Assembly: GCF_000150275.1 (NCBI RefSeq)
Contig: NW_002060946.1
Location: 6,362,597-6,426,596 of the forward strand
DNA length: 64,000 nucleotides
Direction of reading: 5' to 3'
Source: Trichoplax adhaerens
Lineage: Eukaryota; Animalia; Placozoa
This document shows positions 1-15,000 of the stretch, in pieces; position 1 is the first letter of the stretch, and each line of letters opens with the position of its first letter. The translations under genes were made by a program, and so were the position numbers. A model generated the notes under the pieces. The model was given only the letters and a program-made list of their open reading frames with translations, was not told where the DNA came from and searched no databases.

Positions 1-3000
1 AATAACTACTTAGCAATATATCGAAAAGATATTAGCAATACTTACTAGTATTGCTAACATACAGAGTAGAAATTTTGGGAATACTATTTTGAGAATTTGA
101 AAGAGTGTGAAACGATTTAGTCTTATTTATATCTTAACAATTTAATCTTCCCTTAGATTGGCATGTTATCGTACTAAGTTGCGTAGCTTAATTATGCTGA
201 GAACGACAACTTAATTTGCGGACTAAACTCAAGCATATTCTGAATTATGTTCTTGAAATTGCATAAGTTAATCATTTACGATTGCATTCCTACATGCTGT
301 GATAAGGATGCTAATAAATGAAATTGCCAGTTTTAGAAATACTCTGTAATTTTAATTGTAGCTGGATAACCCTAACCATTGAAAGGATTATTCTTAGTAT
401 AAGGTCAATATGATAGATTTTTGAAAACTTACCCCTTCTACTTCAACTTTGACAACCCATTACACATGAACTATCAGCACTAAATCCAATTTTTCATGTG
501 TGTCTGATTAAGGTAGAAATTGCAGCTATGGTGATAACATAGGGTTACTATGCACCAAGTACAAACATTAATTCTATTAAGAAGAATCCTTTCTCTTTTT
601 TTAGTTTAAGAATAAAAAGAAAAAGATTTTCAAAGGGACAATTACAGATATCCTTCACTAGAAAAACTCTACTAACTATCCAGTTTGCGGTACAAAAGTT
701 GAATATACCACGGTCTAATCGTTATAGATTCTCTAACTTCAGATCTCGATCGGTAGGTGTCCTTTATTCTATCTTTCAGAATCATCTAAATTAATACAGC
801 AATATTGCTGGGCTAGCGATCGTGTAGAAGAGCAATTGCCACTATTTTACATTTTAGGAAAATGAACATCGTGCTGTGTTTTATCAGTAGTTCACAAAAA
901 TTATTTTGAGAAGAATGAATTAACTTAATAAACTAGATATTAATGAGCGTTGTATTCACATGGAGAGGGAAGTAGAGTTATTTCGTTTTACAAGTTATAA
1001 GGTAATGATCTCTGGCAGTATAGTTACAGCTGAAATTGATTTCCTTAAGCTTTCATCCGCGAATAAAATAAAGATTTTTAAATTATAGTAGATATAGTTA
1101 ATGGCAAAGATAAAGTTCAAGGATTTTTGTAATTTTATGGATAATGTTATTTAAACTTATTCTTGTTTAAATTAGTTCTTTCAATACGTAGTTAGAAAAA
1201 AAGGATTGAAAAATATTTGAATAAAAAGAAGAATAAGTACTGTATGATAGTTTCATTCTTATTGTCATGATATTCATAATTTTTATTATCCATATGACTA
1301 TTATTAGAAAAGCAAAGGAATAGTATAACAACGGTAAACCACATTATCAGGGTAGGTAAAGTTTATAATTCGCTAAGTAGTTAATGAGACAATCGAAAGA
1401 GTAAATTCTCTACATTAATATCAACTTCGCACGATCATAATGGAAGAACGCCTGATGGTCGATGATGAACTATTCTAAAAACGATTGTCAATTATTGTTA
1501 TCGATTCATACTGGTAATAGTAGACAACACGCCAAGAATAACATCCAGTTCTATTCTTTTTACTGTACATTTAATTAGACAGATATTATAAATTAATGCT
1601 GAATACTTCAATTTAATGAAGACGAGAAAGTTACTTAATTTCTCTCGATTTATACTTGGTCATTAAATGGGTTACAGGATAAAAACTTTCTATCCGATGT
1701 CAATAACATTTCTGCTATTTTTCTCTCATAAAAACTCATGCAGAGATAAAAAATGATCTAGTCTTTACTTGAAATACTATGGCACTTAAAACTCCATAAA
1801 TACTTTTGGTGTGTGATGACTCACGCTTGGGCTTTTATGGTTAATACAGATTGAAATTTTCGACTTGTCCATAAATGACTGATGACTAGTTCTGTTTTTA
1901 CTCGAATAATACTGTATTGTACTACTCATACGGAAAATTCGATATAAAAGGAAATCCAGTTGATAATCAGAAATGGATAGAGCTTCACAGATTTTTATTT
2001 AGCCCAGTTAATAATGTCTATCAACATTTTTTCTAAGCTAATACAAATAATTAACGCATGCACTCGAACTCTTACCCTAAATATGAAGGCAAAGTCAATT
2101 TTGTATTTAAAATGAAATCGATAAAGCATAAAAAAAAGCCTTTGCCTCGCCGAAGAAAATAATAGCAGAAGAATAGAAATCAATTTTAAACAAAAGGCAA
2201 ACAGAGGGAATGTCTTGCATTGCTTTCAATGGATCAAGTAGCAATAATAGGAGAAAAGCTGTCTTGAAATTCCCTAATGATATTTTTTTAATGTGGTCTA
2301 CTTTCTTCATTTTGGATAGGATAATCGTTCGTCAAAAGCGATACGGTAGTCTTGTAATTACGGGTAATGTAATTTTGTCGACAATTTCTGTTGGAGTAGT
2401 GGTATTGGGTGATGGAACATGATAATACTTAAATACAGATATATAAATCCTATGATAACATTACATCATCTGGAAATTAAATTAGAAAAAATTAAATTTT
2501 CGTTCTGTAGGCCATCCGATACTCCTTGAGATTAGTGGGATTTGAAAGCAATGCTCAATTAGTTTTTTATGTAAGATAGGCAAGAGGACACGTGTAGCGA
2601 CGATTGTAATATACTTCTAATAATTATACAAGATAATCATATACCGTACTCGTAGGGAGTAATGTGATTGAGATATCGTAATATCAATCTTTGCGGGTGG
2701 GGAAACAAGTAGTGTTGGATGTTAGTAACGAGTATTTTCATCAAGTGTAATAGAGAAAAACAGGGGCTCATGGGACGAATCATATGGACGGTAAATGTGG
2801 ACCCGCTGCGACGATTGCAGTTGTTTTTAGTTATAATAATAACTAAACCCTTAAAAAGAGTTGGGATGGGGCTCTTTTTATTATCGTTGCGGTAATAACA
2901 TTATGTGAACTTTAGGAAAAATAAGAATTAGTTCATGATTGATTTTCTAAAAGTAGAGGGCCTAATCGTCCTCACTGTAAAAATTTTATTAATTCTAAAA

Positions 3001-6000
3001 GATGAAATAATTGCATGTATAATCTTTCACTTGTATATTATATAGAATCCCGTCAGCCGAAATCGATTTAATTTATATATCTATTTCTCCAACCTTTAGC
3101 CTAATCATCAGACTTAGAAACTGGTCAATCATACGAAAATTACTACTTAATTCGTTTCTCACTCATTAATTACTTCAAAGATAAATAAGTAACTAATATA
3201 TTTTCATGATATTTTCTAAGTTATCAACTGCACTTGAGCATTAATACCGATTTAAAATCTACTCAAGATTGACCATCTATTGTACTACTTACTTCTTATT
3301 AAAATATAGTATTTTTCTTATTTAATTTTTTAAGCCAATAAGGTGAGGACTTTGATCTCGAGGTAGTAGCCTATTCACTAATTCTTTATAACATATTTAT
3401 TGAGAAAGAGAACACAGGAAGGATTCAAGAATAAATTATAATAACAGTATCGTATATTTGCTTTGGAGGTTTAGTACGAAAATGAGCGATTTTTCTTTTC
3501 TTTACTCCTGCATCTTAATTTTAATGATTAGTCAAAGTCGGCTGAAAGATTGCATGCTAGCAACAGCCTGAGGAAGTCAGAAAGATTAGGAAATTAATCA
3601 ATTTTAATATATAACTACAGTAGTTCTTGTAAAGTACGTTTTGACGAAGATTAAAATTTCTTTAATTAGAAATTATCGACGTGTAGTACTGAGTATGATT
3701 ATGTTATGACACGGGTGTAATTTTATACGTATGTATATACCGAATTTCATACTACACGCTATTGGGAGCTTACTAAAATAGTTTCTGTTCTGATTATGAT
3801 GTGATATTTTGGTAGAATCGAGAAATTTATTCTTCTAGCTGATAAAGCAACAACCTTTTTTGCAAACTTAGATTCCCTCATTTACAGTAATATCTCAAAT
3901 TGTCTTTATATTATTATGTTTAGTTAGATTATGGTAAAGAAACAAACTTGATTTAAGATATTTGGAGGGTACTAATAAGAAATTTTGTCGAAAATGAATC
4001 AATATAGCAAAATAAATCTTGTATGCGCTATTCTTTGATGCTCACGTCCGCATTTGTAGATACATTAATCTAATTGCTAAATTTATTGAGTACATAGAAT
4101 TTAGCAAAAGGGACTTTGAAGAATGAGTTATTGAACGTGATTAACATTTTAAAATTGAATGACAATTAGTGGTTAAAGCAAATTTCTAGAAATCTGAAGT
4201 GGTTAATTGAATAGACAAAATTTGCCGATGAAGGCATTCATTAAGCAATTTCTGACCAAGAACTGAAAACTTCAGAATAGATAGTCAAAAGATATCGCCA
4301 TATCAGTATTGAATATATTATCTATATGCGTAATGCTCTACAATAGGGGTTTTCAGCTGGAAATTTTTGGTATGGCCTATAGTTATGCTACCAAGCTAAT
4401 GTACCGTAGAAGATATTCTTATGTTAAACGATAAAAGTAAAATGCGTAGTTTAAGTCTACGAATCAACTATAAGGTCTAGAGAATTGCTATTGTACTGAC
4501 ATGCCTTAGTGCAATCGGGTAAAAATGACTTTTTGTAATATTGCGGGTACTTTGAAAGCTACTGGCTACGGCTGCTTGATAATTTTTATGTATTGCTGAT
4601 GAATAACTTTAAAAGTCGTACGGTTTGTTTGCTAGAAGAAAAGCAGGAAGAGTAATGTTATGTAGTTGGAGACTGATCGTTATCATTAAAGTACCGCATT
4701 GTCGATATAATAGATTGTGGCTCTTGGTTATCACTCTGAACAACTAGGAAAAATTAATTAGAGAAAATATTGTGATATCTAAATTATTAAACTGATTTTA
4801 TCAATAAAACTAAACAACATATCTTTCAAAGTGAAATATATTATAATTTGTATTTAGTGAAGGTATAAAAGAAAATAGTCAAGCTGTACCAGTCAATATT
4901 TCGATGGATTACTACAGTCATTACCGTTTATAGAGTTAGTCAAGGGTAGGTAAATAGTTTGAAGTTTAGGGATTATTGCATATGCTAGAGACTAATTTCT
5001 GAATTTTCGCAACGCTCGGACTTAGTTGGCGCCAATAAAAGAGTTATTTATGAAAAGTTTTGGCGATTATAGAAGTAGGATTGACTTTTTAATGGATGAA
5101 AAAGGACACGTAATGAAATTAGGCAATATTGACGATGATGTAAACAAACGTTGATGTTGAACATGGATAAAGATTATCAAGAATGTTCAAATAAAATAAA
5201 CATTAGATAATGTCATTAGTCGAAACGAAAAAGAAGTCCAATAGTTTAGGCAAGCGGAGAAGAATAATAACTTGATCGAAGGTGAACTACCACATGGTAC
5301 GATTATAGGTTATAATATTGAAAAGATTTAATGGCTCTCAATGATGCGTAATTAAACAATGATATTACATTAATGAATAATAAACTTATGGTTATAACTG
5401 GATGCAGGCAATTATCGTTAGGCAAAGATCAAAAATAAATAGATCATTTTAAAAGATAGGATAGGCAATTTTTCGTTACGTAATTTTATAGTAATCAATT
5501 GATTGACGATTTTGTACTTACTCATGTAGGTCTAAATGAGGGAAAGAAAAAAACTTGAATAACTTATCAAATTGGCCTTGTTTAATGGATCGTCATATGA
5601 TGATAGTTGAAAACACCCAATTATAGGATAAAATTAAATATAATAATGGACCCAAAGTGTTTTTAAGTTGATATTTGATGCATCCATTCCGGTAAACTAT
5701 AATCATTAGCCTGGCTAGGACAGTAAAATATGACACAAAAAGACTCTAATTGACAATAATCAATCTATCTTGTCCTATTTATAATATGACGATAGAATGA
5801 ACATTATCTGAATATGGTGACGAAGTTATTTGACTCTTTTGAAATAGCTTGTAGCCGTACTAATTGCTTGCTTGGGCTATCACAGAGATGACTGATTAAG
5901 CTATTCTTGATTCCGCACTAGAATCAATATTCTTGTACAATAACATATAATAACCTTGGCGACACTATTGTTTGATCATTGATGAATTGTCATATGTATT

Positions 6001-9000
6001 CAATCGATTTCAAGCTAGGACAATAATGCAAACTCTTATTTCTATTCAGTTATCATGGCATAACCTAGACTACCAACCTTTACAATATCATTATTGTTTA
6101 AGAGGAGAAGTTCATCAAGTTGGGCTACCTTAACTTACACTATTGTCTCATCAGTCTATCTTGTCCATCGATTGTGTATTGAATTGTCATCAGTGGTATA
6201 GAGTCATCAAAGCATTAAAGAATCAGTTCTTAACTGTGTGAACAATTTAATTTTAGGACTAAATTTAATTGGAGTTAAAATGATGAAAGCGGCCTAATGG
6301 AGTAAATTACGGTAGATCGATACCTAGCTCTTGATTTTAAACTAGATTAATAGACGCATACGTTTAATTGTGTACTGGTACTTTACGTTAGATTTAAAAT
6401 GGCCAGTATTAATTAATGATGACAACTTGATGCAATTGATAACATACATTTCGCTATCAACATTGACATGTAAATACATCGATACATATTGATTTTTCAT
6501 TACTTTAGTGATAGAGAATAATAGTGAGCTACATCTCAATAGTAATTATTACTAAGAATATAATCAATCCCCTAGTGAACGATGACACAAATTAGATCTA
6601 CTCTATTATATTATCGTTATGACAAGTAGACTCCAACAGTGTTATATTATTTTTACTATTATCCAAAATATCGAGGCACCATAATGATGAAAAGTATGCA
6701 TCAAAATAGTCTGCTTATTAATTATCTAAAGGACTTTTGTTTCATTATTCATTGGTAATTGAAATCTAATGTCCAGCTGTTAAATAGTTCCTTCCTAACA
6801 TGCATGATCTTTATCCGTTGTTGTCCAACCATGTTTTAGTGACACAAGTTCTTACTTTGTATCCTAGTTATTAAAGAGTACTGTTTTATGACTGTAATGT
6901 GAATTTAAGTTGATACTCAAATGGCCTGTTTGCTCTTATCAAATAGTGATAAGTATGGCTTCGGTAGATGTAGTGAAGTAAATAAAATGGAAAATTGAAC
7001 CATAAATGATCGTATTTGTAGCTATTCCAATAGATATTTTGGTGCATATGTTACAGTTTTGATGCAGATGCATACTCATATATAGATATTGATAGAGTAC
7101 ATATTTGAAATTGATCGGACAAATGGGGTGAGAGTTCTAGCTCTGTGACAAGGTTGATAGTAATTTAATTAAAGTTAAATTGAATGCAAGATCAACATTC
7201 TAATAGTGCCTTCAATAAACACTCAGCTACTTTTGAATGTCTATAAAAAAATTTAAAGTTTGTAGTTCAGTAAACTTTCATATTATGCACTACAGAATTT
7301 TTAATTAAATAAAGTTTCTAAGTTTTGATTTACTACGGCCTCCATTATTTTATAATACACTCAGGGTAAATCCTTTGCACTTATTACAAGTACCCTTAGT
7401 ATCGATCGATAACAATATCAGCAAATATTTGAAATAAATTCAATCTATGGCTTGTTATGGCTATACGAAATATTGCGAATATTGAACAGGATTACAGTGA
7501 TTGATTTTATTGGTAAAAGCAATATTTATATTACATTTATTGGCTTTAGAGTACCGTAATTATTCTACAGCAATTTCAGAAAATGATTGAATGTGCAATT
7601 AGTACCATACCTTAACAAAAATCTTCAAATAGAGATAACTGCAAGTTTTGGAACGATAGTAGAAGCAGATAGTTAGATGGTCCCCCTTTAGAAATATCAG
7701 TTTATTTTTCATTAATTAATATTAAAATATGAAAAATATTTTCTTTTATATAAACTAGGGGTTATATCTACGTAATAAGTTTTAATTATATGTAACAGAA
7801 TTATGTTTCAGTGAAGCATAACACGAAAACTGTTTAAAAATCATGGGCTGGACATTTGTCATTTAGTTTATTATTGCGTTACCATTAGGATAGGATAGAC
7901 ACTTAACATTACTTTGACTTCTTTTATATTTGTTTTATTACCAAAAAAATAATATCAGTCTTTAGAATTAGCTCTACAATATAAAATATATTCTAATTGT
8001 TCTGTTCGTTGGATGTAATACTTGTATCATATTGATTCAATGATTTTGCTATATTTAAATATTAATACCAAATGCAGATACATCGTCGATTATCGCTTAC
8101 TCAGAAAATCAATTATCATCAGTAAATGTATAAACCTTATTATATAATAATTAATTAGTTTAGTGTAATATAGTTATAAACTAATAATCTCCTTCTTATC
8201 GGATGCTATTCAGCTTATGTTATTGATAGCACGAAAAATAAAGGCAGCAGCTGTAAGGTAATGCTTTGTAAAAAGGCCTGGTGTTCAATCTGGCATTAAG
8301 TATTACATAATAGGGATATTGTTTTTTATCGGTTACATCTTTATTACTATTAATCTAAGACCGTATTTACTGACATAAAGTAACAAATTTAGTTGATATT
8401 GTCTATTAGTATATTTTAAATCCTAGCAATGAAGGAAATATCAGCCGATGATAGTAAACATTATAGTTATTCTCTTTCGGCTTAATCTCATGAAAATACT
8501 TTATTTTAACTAACAATTTTATAATGAAATTTAAATTTAAAAATTATAATTTTTTAAAATTCTTGGACTTTAATATTTTTTAGCGTCGGAATTGATGAAA
8601 TCATGAACGAAATATATAACGGTTCATGAAATAAAAATATTGCAAACTTTAAGATTGCCTTGAATGAAGTGCATGAGCTTATAAATAATTAAAAAAATAT
8701 AATTTAGTTACAGACAATACAAAATCAATTATAATGGTAGCAGATGATCAATCTCAGCTAGATTTAAATTTTAGTTTGTAAAGCTTCGTATCGTAACTGA
8801 TAAGAACGATACGAGCTATCTACGATATCCTTTTGTTGTCGGTTTGAATTCAGATAGAAATGAACTTCTTATAGTATTAAAGCGAAAACATTACAGATTT
8901 GATTATGTTAAGCATATTTGCATGTATCAATTAAAGGACACTATCGTTATCTATCAATGATTTTCTGTATGCACATGTCCATTCTATTTATTGTAAGGCT

Positions 9001-12000
9001 AACAAAATTAAAGTGCTTAGCTATTATTTTTTGTTGATTGGGCAATTACAGTTGGCGTCGTCTGTACTTACGATTGAATACAGTTTATTAAATGCCAGGC
9101 TAATAAAGTTTCTGATAAGTTTACAGAATAGTTTCAAATGCTAGACAAACTAACATAATTACAATTTTAAATCAGAAAATTTAGCCGATTATTAGTAAGG
9201 GAGGTAATTCCACGGAAGGTAGTAAAAGCAATTCTAACATGTAAGCCTTATTAGTTTAACACTGGGTAAATATTTTATAGCCCTTTTTTTGTATTTATCC
9301 TTGATGTGTAAGCTTGTGTAATTGTAAGCTAGATAGCAGTCCCTTGTGCTATAACTCTAATAATAACTTTAAAAAATTTAGATTCTAGTTTAGACTAGTA
9401 ATAGGCGAAGAATTTTCTAATATTATCAAATTAGACTGTTGAAATTAGGCCCTATAAAACTATGAGCACATAGTATGAACTACGGCCGTAATACTGAAAG
9501 GAATAATTTTACTTCGCTTATTTTGTACATGGTGTTATACAACGTAAAATGTGATTGTTTTTATTATGAATGATGTTGCCTTTAAGATTGAAGATAATAC
9601 AAAATAGTGGTTGGACAAAACTAATAACAGTTTTGTAGGATAATTAATTATTCATACTGCTAATTTATGAATGAAATTATTCGGAAAATTTGCATTTTAA
9701 CCAGGTGGCCTCGTTAAAACCGAGTGTAGCGTGTATCTCCGTAGACTAGCTCTTAAAAAAAAATTTCTTAAGAATTCCCTTAAATGAGCTTCAAAAGCTA
9801 TTGGGCTTGCAACAAAGAATTTGATTAGATACAATGCTGTTATTATTGATCTTAGGCTGGATAGAGCAATATCGAAACGTGTAGGATATTTTTGATAATG
9901 TTCCGATAGCTTATTAGGAACTAAATACAGCATAAGCAATATTATGTATGTTGCAAGCTATATACCTGTAAAAATGTATAATAGTATTGTCGAACTTAAC
10001 ACGATGCGTGCTCTCTATCTAGAACTAATTGAAATAATTGATGATGCCTGATTGCATCCAGGCAGTAGTAATCTCATGATAAAAACTTGAAAGAATCTTT
10101 GCAATTAATTGGATCGATGGCTTTTACAATCTCTTTAAAACTAGCAGTTCTATCAATACTTTGATACAGTTTAATATAATAGTGATAATTCTGTAAATAT
10201 AGAATTGATTAGAATGGCCCCTTGCTGATAACTGCATTCCAATCTGTTGAAATTCCCACGATTTACCCTAAACACCTAATCATTGACTCTTATTGGGTTA
10301 GGACAATGTCGTAGTAGCGCCCATTACTCTTTATTAAGAATTATCTTTGATATGCCTTTCATGTCTTTCCCGCTTCCTTTGAAATTTTAAATCTTGTTAG
10401 ATTAACTCGCTAGGATGCATTGACAGCTTTATTGTCGAGGAAAATTCTTTAAATAACATAGTAATTACTTCTGTATAATTTATTTCATTCATTTTCGAAA
10501 TATTTTCATAACGGCTGCGATCTTTAAGCACTCGCTTCCCGAAATTGAGTAGAATATTATGTATTGATGTATTACAAATTGAAATATAAAGCATACTTTG
10601 GTAAGTGAGTATCAACCAAAGTGTAGAAATTTTGAGCTGCCATAATGTGGTTTAAAGTTTCAATTTATAATCGCTACGTAGCGTAATTTTGAAACACTTA
10701 TAATCAAGTTGGAAGGTAGTAGTATTCGTGAAGCTTACGTTGTAAAATTGGCTATACAAGTTATCGATATCACTTCTTGCGATTACTAGCCTAATCTATT
10801 AGTTTTAATTTGAAGCTTTTGCGCCAATTAAAATTTTAAAGAGTAAGAAATCAAATTCTTTGATACAGTTGGCGTTATAGTTGTCTATCCTATCTAATTT
10901 AAAATTAATAATCATGTTATGTATAATCATGTGAGCTAAACTATGAAAATGGGCAACCTACCGCTAAGATAGTTACATTATAAAGTAGCTAAAATTCTCT
11001 TCCAATTTTACTTCGCAGTAATGGGTGACCGAAATTAAGACAGCATTTTGTATTTGTCTTTATTATCGTGAATTCTGAAGGTGTCATGGTTACACCGTTA
11101 TGAAAGTGGAAAAGCATGGACGATAACTCTATTGGAATACGTCGGCAATATGACTTAAATATTGCAGAAAATACCGTAGCCCATTCGCAGCTATTGCTAT
11201 CAATGCTAAATGGTCAAGAACCGAACGTAATACCTAAAGTACAGAAAGTTAACTGCTACAACGAATCTTTGGCACGCGACATAACCATTTAAGCCTTATA
11301 TTAGCCATTTTTTTTTCCGCTAGAAAGATGTTTCATTCTCAGCGTGCCTTGTTCTCATTTAAATGCATGTGTACAGTTGACTAGGTGATTAACATACAAT
11401 GGCTTAATTCTTTTATATTTTAGTTAAATATTGGTATGCAAAGTATGATGGCAAGCGGTAGTGACGTAGTTTTTCTGGACATCTATGGCGGTAACAAACA
11501 TCGTATTAGATGTTAGTCAGGACCATCACGACATTTGTGAAACAAATTGGTTTAAATAATAAGATAGTACATCAACGGATTAGATGTATCGATGAAAATA
11601 GGTTAGGAATGGCAACATGATATTAAGCCAGGATTTTTCTTCGTAGAAATCGCCTACTAAAGGAACTATGTCGTTTAATAGTAGGAAAGAAACTGTTATA
11701 TATACGCGTGCTTTGGGTGGAATGTATCGATAATTTCCCAGTTTTGATTTAATTTATTCAGGCGTACGGCATAAATCAGTTTCTAAACTGGCATATCTTA
11801 AAGGTACCTCTATATCTTTAATATTGTGTCCGTAATAATTCTTTTTATCGTATCGAAGGTAGAAACTATAATTTCTGAACCTTAAACTGTATATTGTACG
11901 ACTCTTTTAAAATCTTTAGAGATCTATAAATCCTCAACAACTAAATCACTTTCTTATTTTCTGAAATCATATTCTATAATAAATTGTTCTTCAACCTGTT

Positions 12001-15000
12001 GTCGAGCACAATCAAATACATAAAATAAAATCAGATCATAATGACATGAATTTAAGCAAAAAATAAACCCTTTCCGGTGATAAAACTTTCAATTACGCCT
12101 AAACAATATTGAATCGATAAGTAAACGCTAGCTTTTCTTAAGAAGAACTGGGTACTTCTATATAACAATCTGATCTTGTACTTTAATGATAATCTAATAT
12201 ATTCTCTCTGTACATATAGAGTAAGATAGCAAGGAAATAATTTTAGAATAATCTTGACATTATTATGGAGGTTGAATGATGTAACGATCCTATTGAATGT
12301 GTGTACGTGAATTATAAAGGCTTAACACCAATTTTATGCTATTCCAAAATGATCCATAGATGACTAAACTAAATTTGGTCGTAATATTCTAAGATAAAGT
12401 CGTCAATATAACTTTTGTCAGGAAGAAAAAAGATCTCTTTCGTTGTGTACCATGTTGCAAACAAAATATTCTTAAAATTATCACTAATACTTCAATTTAT
12501 CATCTAAATAGTAGTTTAATGCATAAATATCATGGACCACAATGTATATAACCCAGTAGAATTGGATACAATGTACGTTAGCTTGCCCTACCCACGTGAA
12601 TTTACTTTTGAACAGAAAGATAGATGCATGCGTATGTAAAAAGGAACTAAGACGAAGCAACGCATTGCTCTAGCTTTAACACATAGCGAGTAAAAGGAAA
12701 CTTTTATATCACTATTTTATAAAATATATTTTACAGTAAACTTACAACTTAAAGAGGACCAAGTTCAAACGGATTCTGCAACAGGCGCCTTAGCCACTTT
12801 GGTGTTGCACAAAGGCAAGTGATAGCGCACAGCTGGCGAATGGATCGTTTTCCTTTTCTTTATGTAAGTAATTTGTTTCAGTAACTGATCAGTTTGGCGT
12901 CAGATAAAAGTTAAATAACTATAATGAAATAAATATTCATCCCCAAGGAATAGGATTAAAATTAATGTATTAATGTGAAGTTACGTTTCAGAATGTAGAG
13001 ATGAATTCTAGCACGTACGGAATAGGCAATGATCCAACAACAATATCGGAATTTATGACGGTTAGTTCAAAGAATTAATCCAATGATTTTTTTAATACCT
13101 TTTGCCACGCTATTACGAATAAAGTATTAAATGTGGCTGTTGAAAAGTATAATTTGTTTTGCCAAATCCACAGTAGGTGTGCAATAATAGCGTTATAATG
13201 GCGATTGTAAGTTGGAATAATAATTGCAACGTTGATGTTGAATCAGTTGATAGCAGCAATAGGTAAGATTGTACCCAACAAAATGCCTAACGAATGATGC
13301 GTTATAATCAAATAATGTGCACACTACAACTCAGGGGTGGGCAAAAAAGAATTCTATATTTTAGTGTAGTATGGCAGGAGTGCAAATAACATTTAAGCAT
13401 TCACAACGTAATTTTTTGGCTTGTATGCATAATAGCATTCTATATAAATAGACAGTAATTTTATAGCAGGAACAAAAAAGAGAGGGAAAGAATTTCTATG
13501 GTTACTAGTCCAATTGGCATTAGCGGCGGTTAATATTGTACGCTCATTAGACCTTAACTGCCGATACAATAGTTAATTATAAGTAGAAAAGAATGGAGAA
13601 AGCACTGAAGGGTAGAAGAACACCATAGCTTACAATAAATCCTACCTTGTCAATCAAATTTATCATTTTTTTGTCATTATAACGAAAAGGCGGTCGATCA
13701 CTATCTGTATGCTAAGGTACGTTGTATTGGCGATGTGGTACGATGGGTTATCATTGATTTCCTTACATGACTATCTAAATATTATCATAATATTTTAAGC
13801 TTTGTTTTTATTCAAGTACCGAGTGAAAATTAAATCATTGTATTGATGTTGTTACTTCGTGAGACCTACTTGAATCAACATTATTGAATTGGTTATATTG
13901 TTATGAACTTTTTCTTTGTTCATTTTAGATTAGAATAATAAAAATAACAGTTCTATTCAATTAAACATTCCACTAAATTTAATATTCTATATAGTTCAAG
14001 TAACCATTTTATTGAGTCGAAAGAATTTAACAGTTTTACTTGATCTTCAATTCAGTAATTATTATGCGTTTAGGTCCGTTTTATAATTGAACATTGTATG
14101 CCGTCATGATGTCCATGACAATAAGTTGGTATGGCAATGCAACTCTATCGTGACGTTGTAGAATTCATTGATTTTATTGACCTTAATTACGATTTTAATA
14201 TAAAAAATAGCTGATTCAAAGAATGGAAAATAATTGTACCACTGACTTTCAAAACTACTGCTTAAATTATCATTTCTCTTGTTAAGGCATTAGTGTATCT
14301 TTTAAATTGATTTCAATCAGCTTTAATTATGTAGTATTTGAGTACCATACTTGTGATAGTTATGAGATACCGTCGAATTGATTTAAAGCTACTTCGCTGT
14401 TATAATTAGGGAGTGACTAATTATTTGGATCAGTGAGCTACATATCAATGTGATAACGTAATATACCGTATGTGAAAGATTAGATGATGAGATCGAATGT
14501 CTATACTACAGCATAGTATTATGTAAGTATGTTTAATAATAATATGAAAGATTACCTAATAAGGTTATTGGATAACTTAAGTTGATTATATTTTTAATTA
14601 AGCTGAAAAATGAACTGTATATAGTAGTGCATAATTTGATGTCGAATTATTAAAGTGTATGATTCGATAATTCATTTAATTTTCATCTGGTTTCTCTAAA
14701 ATTGCAATGTATCTTTCGGAGCGAGAATGCTCTTTAGCAGTTAGGCAGCAATACAGCCGCATCTTCTATTTTTACGTATTGTAATCATGGTCATGCAGTG
14801 AAAATCATATGACCATAGGTTTCATCTTTAATCATATGGATAACCATTCTTTATTTTCGAAATATATATGCATATTTATATACTGTTATGTTATTGCAGT
14901 TTACGAATGTCGTTTGCGCACGTGGCAATTAAGTTCTAAATATTTTAGGGCAAATGTGCGGCAGTATATTACTTTGGGACTTACTGAATTGCATGAACTA

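Noticed and set aside
1995-2430. Overlapping short ORFs and a possible minus-strand exon (YYHVPSPNTTTPTEIVDKITLP)
   Set aside because: No family signature and no consistent exon chain could be built.
8782-8817. Short hairpin TCGTATCGT...ACGATACGA
   Set aside because: A 9-12 bp interrupted stem is plausible by chance in 64 kb.
6522-14450. Shared word AGTGAGCTACAT.TCAAT at ~6523 and ~14432
   Set aside because: Too short, with weak flanking similarity, to call a dispersed repeat without an alignment.
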